Origin: Phycisphaerales bacterium
GTDB taxonomy: Bacteria; Planctomycetota; Phycisphaerae; WQYP01
Reading direction: 5' to 3'
Length of the DNA stretch: 64,000 nucleotides
Assembly (NCBI GenBank): GCA_027451365.1
Contig: DAIDJN010000070.1
Location: forward strand, 25,138 to 89,137
In this document: one piece after another, positions 20,270 through 32,277 of the stretch
Position numbering within the stretch: position 1 is the stretch's first letter
Layout of the letters: each line of letters starts with the position of its first letter
The notes under the pieces: model-generated
The model's database searches: none
The model's input: the letters and a program-made list of their open reading frames with translations, nothing else
Told to the model about the DNA's origin: nothing
Made by a program: the position numbers and the translations under genes

Positions 20270-21592
20270 ATGGAGCCAGATGTTTCACTTTTAGGTGAAT
20301 TGGGTAATACCTCGATTGTTGGATTGCAGTGGGGCGATGAGGGCAAGGGAAAGATTGTCGACCTTTTAACCGGCCGGTTCGACTTTGCCATCCGCTGGAA
20401 CGGCGGATCCAACGCCGGCCATTCGGTGAAAGTGGGCGACAAAAAATATGCCTTTCACCTGATCCCAAGCGGCATTCTTCGCACCAAATGTACTTGCGTA
20501 CTGGCCAACGGCGTGGTCATTGACCCCATTGCTCTGCTGGGGGAAATGGATCAGTTGGCCGGTCAGGGTGTGGAAATCGGCGATAATTTTAGAATTTCTT
20601 CCCAAGCTCATGTGGTTTTGCCCTACCACAAGCTGCAGGACCAGCTTTCAGAAAACCGTCTGGCTGCGGGAAAAATTGGCACCACCGCCCGCGGAATTGG
20701 GCCGTGCTACGCTGACAAGGCCAGTCGTACCGGGGCGGTGCGCGTGGCCGACCTGCTGGATAACCATCGCCTGGCCGATAAGATTCAACGGATTACAGAA
20801 GAAAAAAACGCGCTGTTCGCCGCGCTTTATGGCGCTGCGCCATTAAACTGGCGCGATATTTTTGAACAGGCCAGCGATTGCGGCCAGCAGCTGCGCCCCC
20901 ATGTCTGCAATACCACGCAGCTTCTGCATCAGGCTCTGGAGCGCGACCAGCGGCTGTTGTTTGAAGGGGCCAATGCTGTTCTGCTGGACCTGGACCATGG
21001 CACTTTCCCGTTCGTTACCAGCAGCAATTGCGGTACCGGATTAAGCGCCGGCTCTGGTGTGCCGGCCACCAAACTGAACACCATTCTGGGTGTCGTCAAG
21101 GCTTATTGCAGCCGCGTGGGCGGCGGCCCGTTCCCTACGGAACAGGACAACGAAATTGGCGGAAAAATTCGCCAGCGCGGCAACGAATATGGCACCACCA
21201 CCGGACGACCGCGGCGCTGCGGCTGGCTGGACCTGGTGGCCCTGCGGTATGCGGCCCGTATTTGCGGCGTAACCGGCTTGTGCATCATGCTGCTGGATGT
21301 ACTGGCCACGTTTGATACTCTGAAAGTTTGCACCGCCTATGAAATTGATGGCAAACGCACGGACTGGTTTGAACCCGACGCACTGGAGTTGGCCAAGGCC
21401 GTGCCGATTTACGAGGAATTGCCCGGCTGGCACGCGCCGCTGGATCGTATGGAATCTGTCGATGAATTGCCCCCACAGGCCCGCCGTTACCTGGACCGCA
21501 TAGAATCGTTTGTGCGCGTACCAGTGCGCGTGGTAAGTGTAGGCCCTGCGAGGCATCAGACACTTATTATCGGGGCCGCCACGCCGGTTTAG
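20270..21592 (+). CDS. purA: Adenylosuccinate synthetase
   Basis: GLQWGDEGKGKIVD, GGSNAGH, IGTTARGIGP and EYGTTTGRPRRCGW. Confidence 0.97.
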   Translation: MEPDVSLLGELGNTSIVGLQWGDEGKGKIVDLLTGRFDFAIRWNGGSNAGHSVKVGDKKYAFHLIPSGILRTKCTCVLANGVVIDPIALLGEMDQLAGQGVEIGDNFRISSQAHVVLPYHKLQDQLSENRLAAGKIGTTARGIGPCYADKASRTGAVRVADLLDNHRLADKIQRITEEKNALFAALYGAAPLNWRDIFEQASDCGQQLRPHVCNTTQLLHQALERDQRLLFEGANAVLLDLDHGTFPFVTSSNCGTGLSAGSGVPATKLNTILGVVKAYCSRVGGGPFPTEQDNEIGGKIRQRGNEYGTTTGRPRRCGWLDLVALRYAARICGVTGLCIMLLDVLATFDTLKVCTAYEIDGKRTDWFEPDALELAKAVPIYEELPGWHAPLDRMESVDELPPQARRYLDRIESFVRVPVRVVSVGPARHQTLIIGAATPV

Positions 21593-21658
21593 TATGAAAC
21601 GCAGCGCCGATCCGGTGACACACCGGCGGGCGGCGCGGTCGGAACAGTCGGAATCAAC

Positions 21659-22447
21659 ATGCGGACGAAAACACCCACTGAAATGCCGGATATTCCGGCC
21701 ACCTCCGCTGCGGAAAACCGTCCGCGGCATGTCGCCATTATTATGGACGGCAATGGCCGCTGGGCACAGCGGCGCGGCAAGCCGCGAACCGCCGGCCATC
21801 GGCAGGGAGCCAGTACTGCCCATGAAATCATCGAACATGCGGCCCGACTGAAGCTGGACCAATTAACGTTGTACAGTTTTTCCATTGAAAATTGGCGCCG
21901 CCCCGCTGACGAAGTCGCCACGCTGATGAATCTATATCTTGAATATCTGCGGTCGCAGCGAAAATTAATGATGGAAAACAATATCCGGTTCCGACAGATC
22001 GGCCGGCGCGACGGACTGCCCGCTGAAGTTCTGCGCGAAATAGATGACACGATGGCCGCTCTGGACGCAAATACCGGAATGACACTCTGCCTGGCGGTGA
22101 ATTATGGCGCGCGGGCGGAACTCGTGGATGCGGCCCGCTCCATTGGCCGCCGAGTCGCCGCTGGAGACCTTTCGCCCGATGCCATTGACGAGCAGTTGAT
22201 TCAGGACAATTTATATACCCGTGGCATGCCCGACCCGGATTTGTTGATTCGCACCGCCGGGGAAATGCGCGTCAGCAATTTTCTCCTTTGGCAGATCAGT
22301 TACGCCGAATTGTATGTAACCAATGTCTGCTGGCCCGAATTTACCGCGGCTCATTTTGATGAAGCGCTGGCCACTTATGCCCGACGCCAGCGGCGGTTTG
22401 GCGGTCTGGAAGCGAGTTCGGAAGCGTCCCCCGGACCATCGGAATAA
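21659..22447 (+). CDS. uppS: Undecaprenyl diphosphate synthase (cis-isoprenyl transferase)
   Basis: HVAIIMDGNGRWA, YSFSIENWRRP and DLLIRTAGEMRVSNFLLWQ. Confidence 0.96.
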   Translation: MRTKTPTEMPDIPATSAAENRPRHVAIIMDGNGRWAQRRGKPRTAGHRQGASTAHEIIEHAARLKLDQLTLYSFSIENWRRPADEVATLMNLYLEYLRSQRKLMMENNIRFRQIGRRDGLPAEVLREIDDTMAALDANTGMTLCLAVNYGARAELVDAARSIGRRVAAGDLSPDAIDEQLIQDNLYTRGMPDPDLLIRTAGEMRVSNFLLWQISYAELYVTNVCWPEFTAAHFDEALATYARRQRRFGGLEASSEASPGPSE

Positions 22448-22541
22448 ACTGGAATAGCCACAAGTTGGCCGTATTTCAGTATTCTGGTAATCAACTATAT
22501 GCACCGCGACGTCCAACGCGCCGGTGTTACCGGAGTTCACC

Positions 22542-23375
22542 ATGCAGCCAGATCAGTCATTGACCGCAACAATTCAGGACCGTGTCACGCTTGCGTCATT
22601 GCGAAGCATGGCGGCGGCACATAAGCCGATAGCCATGCTTACCTGCTATGACCACCCGACGGCCCACATTCTGGCCGCCGCCGGCCTGCATATTCTGCTG
22701 GTTGGAGATTCCGCGGCGACCACAGTGCTTGGCGAAGATTCCACCACTGCGGCGACCATGGATTTTATGGTGCAGATAACCCGTGCCGTGCGGCGCGGCG
22801 CCCCGAATTTACTGGTGATGGCCGACATGCCCTTTGCCAGCTACCCCGATATTCCCACGGCCACCCAAAACGCCCGCAGGTTTGTACAGGACGCCGGGGC
22901 CGATGCCGTTAAACTTGAATGCGATGGCCGCCATCTGGAAATTGTCCGTTCGCTGGCGGCCTCAGGAATAGTGGTTTGTGCACACCTTGGGTTGCTGCCT
23001 CAGCGGGCCGTTCAACACGGCGGCTACAAAGCCCGTGGTCGCACTGCCGATGAGGCCGACCGCATCGTGCGGGATGCCGCCCAGCTTTCAGCCGCCGGCG
23101 CGGAATTGATTCTGCTTGAAGCCGTGCCCGATGAAGTCAGTTGCCGGGTCATTGCCGCGGTGAATTGTCCTGTGCTCGGTTGCGGTGCCGGGGCGAGTTG
23201 CCATGGACATGTGGTGGTGCTGCATGACATGCTCGGTTTCAATGTCCGTCCGCCACGGTTTGTCGACAAGCTTGCAGATCTGCCGGCAGTTATTGACCAA
23301 GCCGCCCGAACCTATGTTCAAGCCGTAGCCAGTCGCCAATATCCGGCCGATCGTCATGCGTATCACATGAAATAA
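22542..23375 (+). CDS. panB: 3-methyl-2-oxobutanoate hydroxymethyltransferase
   Basis: MLTCYD, LVGDS, ADMPFASY, AVKLE and HLGLLPQ. Confidence 0.95.
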   Translation: MQPDQSLTATIQDRVTLASLRSMAAAHKPIAMLTCYDHPTAHILAAAGLHILLVGDSAATTVLGEDSTTAATMDFMVQITRAVRRGAPNLLVMADMPFASYPDIPTATQNARRFVQDAGADAVKLECDGRHLEIVRSLAASGIVVCAHLGLLPQRAVQHGGYKARGRTADEADRIVRDAAQLSAAGAELILLEAVPDEVSCRVIAAVNCPVLGCGAGASCHGHVVVLHDMLGFNVRPPRFVDKLADLPAVIDQAARTYVQAVASRQYPADRHAYHMK

Positions 23376-23723
23376 ACCTGTGAAACTCAACGGGCACAAC
23401 CAAGTGGTCTGACCCGCAAATCCAGGCGAATGCAACGCTGACAACGTACTGGATAAAGACCGCCTGACCTGTGCTGTCTGGTTCCCGGGCCGCGGAAGGC
23501 TTTACCCGTGAGTAGCCGGTGCAGCAGGTCCAACCAACTGGACCAAACAATTCGCGTATAGACGGCTTGCCGCAACTCTGCCAACACGGCAGGGCCTTCC
23601 TCGGTAAAGCCTGGTTTGGCAGGTATTTGGCCAGGCTCTTAGACACACCTGAATGCCGCCGGAATGGCCATAACCATATTGTATTAAAGTGTTTATGAAT
23701 TCGCTCGTCATTCCCATTGAGTT

Positions 23724-23740
23724 GCGGTACGGGCTTTGCT
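23724..23740 (+). promoter_or_regulatory. Candidate sigma-54 (-24/-12) promoter
   Basis: GCGGTACGGGCTTTGCT has GG-N10-GC and resembles TGGCACG-N4-TTGCW. An AT-rich tract lies just upstream (about 23670-23700). Confidence 0.5.
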
Positions 23741-23879
23741 AGCGTCTGGCGCGGTCAGGCTTGGCTTTTGAAGCCCTTGGAGGCCTAAATCGCGCGATAG
23801 TCGCCACCACCGGGGTGGCGAAAATCGCAGTCAGAACAAAATGCCATGGAAGTCGGCAGAAGCCAAATGAAGTCTATGC

Positions 23880-24470
23880 ATGAAAACGGCCTCACGACTC
23901 AATGTGCTGTTAACCCGGCCGGCGCGCCCGGCACCGGTTCGTGCGGATGCCGCACGCCGACCAGACTGGCAGGATTTGGTTTGCCAGCTGCTTGCCCCGC
24001 TTCAGGTTCAGACCTTTGTGGCGACGAGTGGCTCGGACGCGATTGACCTCGTGGAACGCCACGTCATGCACCTGGCTGTGGTGGATGCACAACTTCCGCC
24101 GGGAAATCAGCCCGCCATGGATGCAATGACCGTCCTGCGTCTGATTCATCGGCTCTCGCGCCCGGTGCCAGGTGGAACTATCGCCGGCAATGGCGCGGTG
24201 GCCGAAGGACTGGGGCCTGCGGAATCTGGGCAGGCGCGGTCAATTCCCGTGAGCGGATTGACCGGTACGCAGAATCTGCGGCAGGGCGGCTTTTCCGGAG
24301 GACCGCTGGTGATCCTTCTGGTTCGCCAAACCGAAGACCGGCTCATCCGCGAGGCGCTCCGGCAGGATGTCTTTTCGGTATTGCCCGACCCGTTGCAGGT
24401 CAACGACCTGCTGGATGTGATGGCCAGGGCCTTACGCCGGTGTTATGGCGAGGGTTGGCCGAAACAATAA
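23880..24470 (+). CDS. Atypical stand-alone response-regulator receiver protein
   Basis: CheY-like order of elements (TFVATSGSDAIDLV..HLAVVD...PLVILL...FSVLPDP) with a Gly-rich insertion. Confidence 0.7.
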   Translation: MKTASRLNVLLTRPARPAPVRADAARRPDWQDLVCQLLAPLQVQTFVATSGSDAIDLVERHVMHLAVVDAQLPPGNQPAMDAMTVLRLIHRLSRPVPGGTIAGNGAVAEGLGPAESGQARSIPVSGLTGTQNLRQGGFSGGPLVILLVRQTEDRLIREALRQDVFSVLPDPLQVNDLLDVMARALRRCYGEGWPKQ

Positions 24471-24604
24471 CCGCGGGCTGAATAACCAGCCCGGCCGCGG
24501 GGTGCCCGACGGCCCAAGTGAACTGTATGGCAAACCCTGATGTAGGGGTTTGTTGATTATGTAGATGTTTAATAGTCTGCTGTTCTTAATAAAGGAGAAA
24601 ACGC

Positions 24605-24898
24605 ATGGCAGCCAGTGTTCGTCCTCTGGGGGACAAAATTCTTCTCAAGCGTACCGAAGCCGAAAGCGTCACCAAAAGCGGCATCGTTCTGCCGGAAACC
24701 GCCAAGGAAAAGCCCAAACGCGGCAAAGTACTGGCCGTCGGTGATGGCAAATTGCTGGACAGCGGCGACCGTGCCAAGTTCCAGGTGAAAAAGGGCGATG
24801 AAGTCATTTTCGCCAGCTACGCCGGTACGGAAATAAAGGTGGATGGCGAAGAACTTCTGATCTTAAGCGAAGAAGAAGTTCTGGCCGTTGTGGAATAA
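24605..24898 (+). CDS. groES: Co-chaperonin GroES
   Basis: VRPLGDKIL, TKSGIVLP and VKKGDEV..YAGTEIK. AAGGAG RBS. Confidence 0.97.
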   Translation: MAASVRPLGDKILLKRTEAESVTKSGIVLPETAKEKPKRGKVLAVGDGKLLDSGDRAKFQVKKGDEVIFASYAGTEIKVDGEELLILSEEEVLAVVE

Positions 24899-24960
24899 GC
24901 CGCCCGCGCCACAACCGGGGCATTGCAGCCTTTGGCGATGGCGCGTTGTTTTGACAATAA

Positions 24961-26640
<1,680 letters not shown>

Positions 26641-26694
26641 TAACTCCATGATTCCGCGGCGTCACGCCGCCGGATAATTGAGACTTAAAACCAG

Positions 26695-26733
26695 GACCCC
26701 GCGCTGCGACTGCCGCGCGGGGTCTTTTTTTTT
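26695..26733 (+). terminator. Intrinsic terminator after groEL
   Basis: Stem GACCCCGCGC/GCGCGGGGTC followed by T9. Confidence 0.85.
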
Positions 26734-26748
26734 GCAGGATCAATCGAT

Positions 26749-27663
26749 TTACCAGCCGAAATAAGTACTTACACGCAAGGCACGCACACGAATATCGCCG
26801 GCGGGCACCCAGGCGACGGATCCATCGTTGTAGGCTTCGTGCATTCCGGACGGCAGACCATTGCCCAGACTTTGCCTGGTGTGGTTGGAAACAGGGGTGG
26901 ATGTGCCGATCCAGGATTCGCCGATTGTGCCTCGCGGATTGCCATATCCGGCAATGTCGCTTAACAGAAGAGTGGCGGGGTCGGATTGCGCATTTAGAGC
27001 CGGTTCGTGTTGCGCATCATTGTTGTACCACGCCCAGCCCCCGCCACCGGCCATCCAACTGGGTAGCAGATCATAGCTGGCCGAATAATCGACGGTGGGA
27101 GTGCCGCTCATGGTGCCCGTTCCGGAAGTGGCATAGGGCGCTCCATTGTAATAGCCATGGTCAACCCAATAGCAGTAGCCAGTCAGAAAGAAAAAGCTCG
27201 TCAGGTCGCCCCGCAGGTTGTAATAGTTGGCCGGAATCAGGCTTTCATTCGCATAACCAGCCTCCGGGGAAAATAGCATCGCGACGCCTGTGGCGTTGGG
27301 CGTGAGAATCCCCGGCAGCATGACCTGATTCTGCGGCGTGGTATTGGTCGGAGTTGGCCCGCTGTAATACAGAAGTTCCAGGCCGTAACCGGGAATGTTG
27401 TAGGTGTAGGGCCTTCCGGAATAAGAACCGAAGGGATAATTGCTGGCAATTGTGGGCATATACTGGCCATCGTATTCCGTGGAATATTCACGGGTGGCCA
27501 GAGCCAGTTGCCGCAAATTACTGGAACAGACGACACGCTCGGCTTGCGCTTTGGCACCGGCAAGCGCCGGCAGAAGCAGGGATATCAAAAGTGCAATAAT
27601 GGAAATGACTACAAGCAATTCCACCAGCGTAAACCCCGCCCCGGGTTGCTTGGAGTCGTTCAT
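26749..27663 (-). CDS. Prepilin-type N-terminal cleavage/methylation protein (DUF1559-like)
   Basis: [36 protein letters not shown], and C-terminal SNH...[11 protein letters not shown]. Confidence 0.9.
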   Translation of the reverse strand: MNDSKQPGAGFTLVELLVVISIIALLISLLLPALAGAKAQAERVVCSSNLRQLALATREYSTEYDGQYMPTIASNYPFGSYSGRPYTYNIPGYGLELLYYSGPTPTNTTPQNQVMLPGILTPNATGVAMLFSPEAGYANESLIPANYYNLRGDLTSFFFLTGYCYWVDHGYYNGAPYATSGTGTMSGTPTVDYSASYDLLPSWMAGGGGWAWYNNDAQHEPALNAQSDPATLLLSDIAGYGNPRGTIGESWIGTSTPVSNHTRQSLGNGLPSGMHEAYNDGSVAWVPAGDIRVRALRVSTYFGW

Positions 27664-27737
27664 GATGCATTCTCCAATCTAAGATTCGTTGAAACCAGGA
27701 AAGATGCCTTCGTACCGACCGGATATCTGAACGGACG

Positions 27738-27768
27738 AAAAAGAGGCCGACGGAAAAATCCGCCGGCC
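27738..27768 (-). terminator. Terminator/attenuator hairpin between the PEP-CTERM gene and the pilin-like gene
   Basis: Minus-strand 10-bp stem (one G-U pair) GGCCGGCGGA-TTTT-TCCGTCGGCC followed by TCTTTTT. Confidence 0.6.
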
Positions 27769-27853
27769 CCTGGGCTTTTGCGATTTTAAATACAGGCGCA
27801 GCATTGCAATCTGGCAACGCATCGTCCCGGTTCGCCATGCCGACGATCGGGTG

Positions 27854-28705
27854 TCAGGATTCCTGATGCATTTTGCGGCGACCGGCCATCAGCAGGCCCA
27901 ATCCGCCGATCGCAAATAGACCCAGTGAAGCGGGTTCCGGTGTGGCCACCTGTGTCAGCGACAGATTGCTGAAGGTCGCCGGCGAAAGACCGCCGCGCAC
28001 CGCAAGGAAAATCGCGCCGGGCGCGGCTGGCAGCGTGGTGTAAGTAAATCCGCCCACCGTGGTGAGTGTGGTGGCATTGGCGCCTTTGCCCAAAAGCAAT
28101 TCCACCTGGCCGGATGCCAGGTTGTAAGTCATTTCCACTGTGGTGGTGCCAGTGTAGCTGCTGGTGGAAACGCCAAGCGCCTTATTGGCTGTGCCGGGAC
28201 CTTCAAACAATTGATAGCCGCCGCTGGCGGTGGAAATAAGCATCCATGGTTCGCCTGTCGAATTCGGATTGGCCCCGCCGGTGGTCGGAGCAAATCCGAT
28301 GGCCGCCCATTCGCTGGTATTGTTGTAGGCGACGTTGGCTTCCAGCGTCAACAATCCGTTGCCGCTCGGTGTAATGGCCAGCGGAGCCACTGTATTAATA
28401 AAATTTCCATTGGTACCGGTGGTCTGAACGGTGACATAACCGGCACTGGAGCCGGTGGGCGGTGTAATGACCGCGGAACTCGTGCCGGCGGATCCATTGC
28501 TGACATTATTCAACGGTGACCAGCTTCCGCCAATATCGGCGCTTGAACCAGCCAGCGCGTTGCTGGTGGACGGACTGGCCTGAAATGTGTCGAGGACCAG
28601 CGTATTGACCGTCGCGCCGGCCGGAGCCGCGACTGCGGCGGCAAATCCGAGGGTGGCGGCGGCGGCGATATATCTTCCAGTGTTACAGCTACGTTTCAAT
28701 TGCAT
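27854..28705 (-). CDS. PEP-CTERM surface protein
   Basis: AAGGAG RBS, signal peptide, and tail TPEPASLGLFAIGGLGLLMAGRRK. Confidence 0.88.
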   Translation of the reverse strand: MQLKRSCNTGRYIAAAATLGFAAAVAAPAGATVNTLVLDTFQASPSTSNALAGSSADIGGSWSPLNNVSNGSAGTSSAVITPPTGSSAGYVTVQTTGTNGNFINTVAPLAITPSGNGLLTLEANVAYNNTSEWAAIGFAPTTGGANPNSTGEPWMLISTASGGYQLFEGPGTANKALGVSTSSYTGTTTVEMTYNLASGQVELLLGKGANATTLTTVGGFTYTTLPAAPGAIFLAVRGGLSPATFSNLSLTQVATPEPASLGLFAIGGLGLLMAGRRKMHQES

Positions 28706-29098
28706 ATTGATATCTCCTTCAATAGAACAGTGGTTGGGAAAAACAACTCGCAAATAAATTCGGGAAAAAGGACCGCCTTGGCCTGATCCGTATCTGGACC
28801 GAAATCCCGATCATGTCCGGTCTGATCTCAATCCCTGATTATCCGGTTGGATTCATCAAAAAGCTCGAACGCCACGCATTGAACGTCATGAGCTTTTCCT
28901 GCTTCATCCGGCCTGACCTCCTTTCAACGTTTTGCATACTCCGGGCTGTATATGGGCGATGTGCCGCCGATTGCACCAGCGGCAAACGCTCCTATCGTGT
29001 TTCCAGGTTGCATCCGGCTCAAGCCGCCGGTGTCAGAGGACCGAACGCCCCTGTTGCTGAATTGAGTCTATCCATGCGATGCGGCAATACAAGACCGA

Positions 29099-29127
29099 TT
29101 TACGCAATATGTGCGCGTTTTACGCAA
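29099..29127 (-). promoter_or_regulatory. Tandem direct repeat, candidate operator of the XylR-type regulator
   Basis: TTTACGCAA at 29099-29107 and 29119-29127 (20-bp period), just upstream of a minus-strand TTGTAT-N16-TAGACT. Confidence 0.5.
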
Positions 29128-29224
29128 GTGATTCGATCGCGAGGCTGGTTTTTGTCGCCCGCCCGCCGGCCGATGACCACTTCAGGTATCGGGTTAGCGT
29201 CAACAAGATACGCTGGCGGAATTG

Positions 29225-30433
29225 TCAGGTATTAATGTCATGCTCTTCTCCCGCGCCAGCAGCCGGACCATGCGGCATTTTCTGGAACCGGTGGCGGAAT
29301 TGGCCCGGTGTAAGACCGGTTTGCCGGTGAAAATTCTGGCTCATCCGCAGGCTGCTGTTAAAGCCGCATTCAATGGCAATTTTCTGGATGGATTTGCCGG
29401 TATCCATCAGCAGGACCTTGGCATGATCGATACGCATTTTCAGAATCTGTTCGTACGGGCCGTGACCCAGAACCTGACGAAAACGATATTCAAGCGTGCG
29501 CCGCGGCATGGTCAGATGCCGACAAAGGTCCGGCACACCGATCGGATCACGAAACCGCGCGTTGATCAGCGCCAGTGCTCTGGCCACAGCCGGGTCGCTG
29601 GTCAGGTCCCGGCTCGTGGATCCGCGCACATGCACGAAACAGCCGCCGGGAAGGATATTGACATCCGGAACCGATTCTCCGGACTCCAGAAGTTGATCCA
29701 GTGCCCGGGCGCACTGGTAACCAAGCTGTTCAAAAGGTGCCTGCACGCTGCTTAACGCCGGCGATGCGGTATCGCAAATTAATTCGTCGTTGTCCACGCC
29801 CACAATGGCAATATCAGATGGTATAGACAGGCCTGCTTCGTGGCAGGCGTCAGCCGCAAATGCTCCAATGCTGTCGTTGTACGCCATCAGCCCGATCGGT
29901 CCATGCGATTTCTTTCGCAGTGTGACCAACTGCTTGCCGAAATGGCGGGTCGGTTCATGATCATCAACGGTCAGAATCGCCGGCTTGGGTTTTCCCGCAG
30001 CGACCAGGGTATCGGCAAAACCGGCTTCGCGCAGCTTTGATAATTTTCCAGGTCGTTGAATGTACGCAAATTTGTGCAAATCCAATGCCAGCAGATGTTC
30101 GGCCGCAGCCCGGCCTTTGTCCCGGTCATCTGTGACAAAAATGGGCGCTTTTCCTTCCAGATCATAATTAATAATCCCGACAATGCGCGTGCGCCGGGCG
30201 CGCCAGCCTTTATAGGATATTTTTCCAAAGTTCCACACAATGGCCCCATCCACCTTGGAAGTGCAGCGGGCAAGCCAGCGATCATCCGCAAATCGCCAGC
30301 CGGGATGGCTGACGATGCGCCACAATGGCTGTTGCTCGCGCATGTATCGGTTAACGCCCAGGCGACAGTCTCGCCCGATGCTTAGCACCGGAGACAGCAC
30401 GATCATTATTCGCCTGATGGGACCCGTTTTCAT
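29225..30433 (-). CDS. XylR-type regulator (LacI-like sugar-binding domain plus C-terminal AraC HTH)
   Basis: IPSDIAIVGVDNDELIC..PALSSV, VRGST, and RRTLEYRF...IAIECGF...TPGQFR. Confidence 0.9.
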   Translation of the reverse strand: MKTGPIRRIMIVLSPVLSIGRDCRLGVNRYMREQQPLWRIVSHPGWRFADDRWLARCTSKVDGAIVWNFGKISYKGWRARRTRIVGIINYDLEGKAPIFVTDDRDKGRAAAEHLLALDLHKFAYIQRPGKLSKLREAGFADTLVAAGKPKPAILTVDDHEPTRHFGKQLVTLRKKSHGPIGLMAYNDSIGAFAADACHEAGLSIPSDIAIVGVDNDELICDTASPALSSVQAPFEQLGYQCARALDQLLESGESVPDVNILPGGCFVHVRGSTSRDLTSDPAVARALALINARFRDPIGVPDLCRHLTMPRRTLEYRFRQVLGHGPYEQILKMRIDHAKVLLMDTGKSIQKIAIECGFNSSLRMSQNFHRQTGLTPGQFRHRFQKMPHGPAAGAGEEHDINT

Positions 30434-30663
30434 GCCAACTCCATTTCATCATGTCAGGGGCAACTATGCGCGCCGAACCGTCTGAATGCAACGACTGGTA
30501 ATAAAACGCCCGAATTTCCAGCCGCCAACGTCTCTCCGCCGCCGCACTTTTATCCGGCCATCGTTCTTGGTTAGTTGTACCCGTCGCATTGCCCGGGTAG
30601 ATTCAACACAAGGGCGTTGCGGCAACGGGCCGCATTGCCGGTGCGTTCTAAACGGTTCCAATT

Positions 30664-32196
30664 ATGCTGCTGGAAACCATTGTTGAACAGGCTTCCCGCC
30701 GAGGCGGACAGATCGCCATTGTCGATGATGTCCGTTCCACCACTTTTCGGGAACTGGTCATTGGCGGGCAGATATTCGCCGATTTCCTGGACGGTGCCGC
30801 TCCCGCCGAGCCTCACATCGGGCTCCTTATTCCCCAATCAGCCGCATTCGCCGTTGCCTTCCTGGCCACACGCTGGTCCAATCGGGTGGCCGTACCGCTC
30901 AATTACCTTTTGCGACCGGCCGAGCTGTTGGACATTTGCCGTGACGCCAATCTCAAAACCGTTTTCACCATCCGCCACCCGCTTTTTACCCCGCTGGGCG
31001 AAGCGCTGACGGCCGCCGGGCTGCGGGTGATTTATATTCAGGACCTGTTGCCGTTTTCGGCATGGGTAAAATTCAAAGCCGCCGTGTTCCGCCGTCGCCT
31101 GCCCAGGCGCGACCCCGCCGATCCGGCTGTCATTCTGTATACCAGCGGCACGAGTTCCACGCCTAAGGGGGTGGTGCTGACCAACGGAAATCTGGATTCC
31201 AATGCGGCCAATTCGATTGCCCACGCGCGGTTCAATCAGCAGATGACCTTCCTGGGAATTCTTCCCATGTTTCATGCGCTGGGACTTATGGGTTGCTGTC
31301 TGGTGCCCCTTAGTCTTGGCTGCCGGGTTATTTACCTCGCCCGCTTTTCCGCCCCCGCGGTTCTTCAGGCCATCGAACGCCATCAGGTACAGGTGCTTAT
31401 TGCCGTGCCAAGCATGTATGCGCTGCTGGCCAATGCCAAAAACGCAAATCGGGAATCCATGGCGCCTGTACAATATGTCATCAGCGGCGGAGAACCTCTT
31501 TCACTTTCACTTATGGAACGTTTTTACGAACGGTTTGGCCACACCATTCTTCAAGGCTTCGGACTGACCGAAACCGCGCCAATGGTCAGTTTTTCCACGC
31601 CGTGGGATCATAAACCCGGAAGTGTCGGCAAGCCTGTTCCAGGCGAAGAGCTTCGTATTACCGACGATTCCGGCGCAGACCTGCCCGCCGGCACGGATGG
31701 CGAACTTCTCATTAGAGGTCCCAATGTGATGAAGGGATATTACAACCGGCCAGTTGAAACCGCCGCCGTGCTTTCCCCGGATGGCTGGTTTAAAACCGGC
31801 GACATCGCAAGAATCGACTCCGATGGATTCCTGCACATTACCGGCCGAAAAAAAGAAATGATCATTATGGCCGGTGAAAAAATCGCGCCCGGTGAAATTG
31901 AGGAAATTCTGCGGCAGCATCCGGCGGTGCTTCTGGCGGCGGTAATTGGGGCAAAAGACGCCCAGCGTGGCGAAGTTCCGATCGGCTTTGTTCAGTTGCA
32001 GCCCGACCTGACCGCGCCACCGACGCCTGCCGACCTTCGGACCTTCGTACGTCAGCGTCTGGCGCCCTATAAAACCCCGCGGGAGATTTATATAATGGAT
32101 GAATTGCCCCGGTCACCCACCGGGAAACTTCTAAAGCGGGAATTGCGCCTCCCGCCTCAGGAAGCGACCAGCACCACTGCCCGACCACTGGATTAA
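30664..32196 (+). CDS. AMP-binding enzyme (long-chain acyl-CoA/acyl-ACP synthetase-like)
   Basis: YTSGTSSTPKG, GFGLTE, WFKTGDI, GRKKEMI and PRSPTGKLLK. Confidence 0.9.
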   Translation: MLLETIVEQASRRGGQIAIVDDVRSTTFRELVIGGQIFADFLDGAAPAEPHIGLLIPQSAAFAVAFLATRWSNRVAVPLNYLLRPAELLDICRDANLKTVFTIRHPLFTPLGEALTAAGLRVIYIQDLLPFSAWVKFKAAVFRRRLPRRDPADPAVILYTSGTSSTPKGVVLTNGNLDSNAANSIAHARFNQQMTFLGILPMFHALGLMGCCLVPLSLGCRVIYLARFSAPAVLQAIERHQVQVLIAVPSMYALLANAKNANRESMAPVQYVISGGEPLSLSLMERFYERFGHTILQGFGLTETAPMVSFSTPWDHKPGSVGKPVPGEELRITDDSGADLPAGTDGELLIRGPNVMKGYYNRPVETAAVLSPDGWFKTGDIARIDSDGFLHITGRKKEMIIMAGEKIAPGEIEEILRQHPAVLLAAVIGAKDAQRGEVPIGFVQLQPDLTAPPTPADLRTFVRQRLAPYKTPREIYIMDELPRSPTGKLLKRELRLPPQEATSTTARPLD

Positions 32197-32277
32197 TTCC
32201 CGGGCAGTTTACGGATTGACGAATTCATCTACATAAATATATTGTACCGATGCGTTGCCCAGTCAGGAGCCAGAACC

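Noticed and set aside
23400..23630. Structured ncRNA (SRP-like) after panB
   Set aside because: Some complementary segments exist (GGCTTTACC/GGTAAAGCC), but there is no SRP helix-8 motif or other recognisable family.
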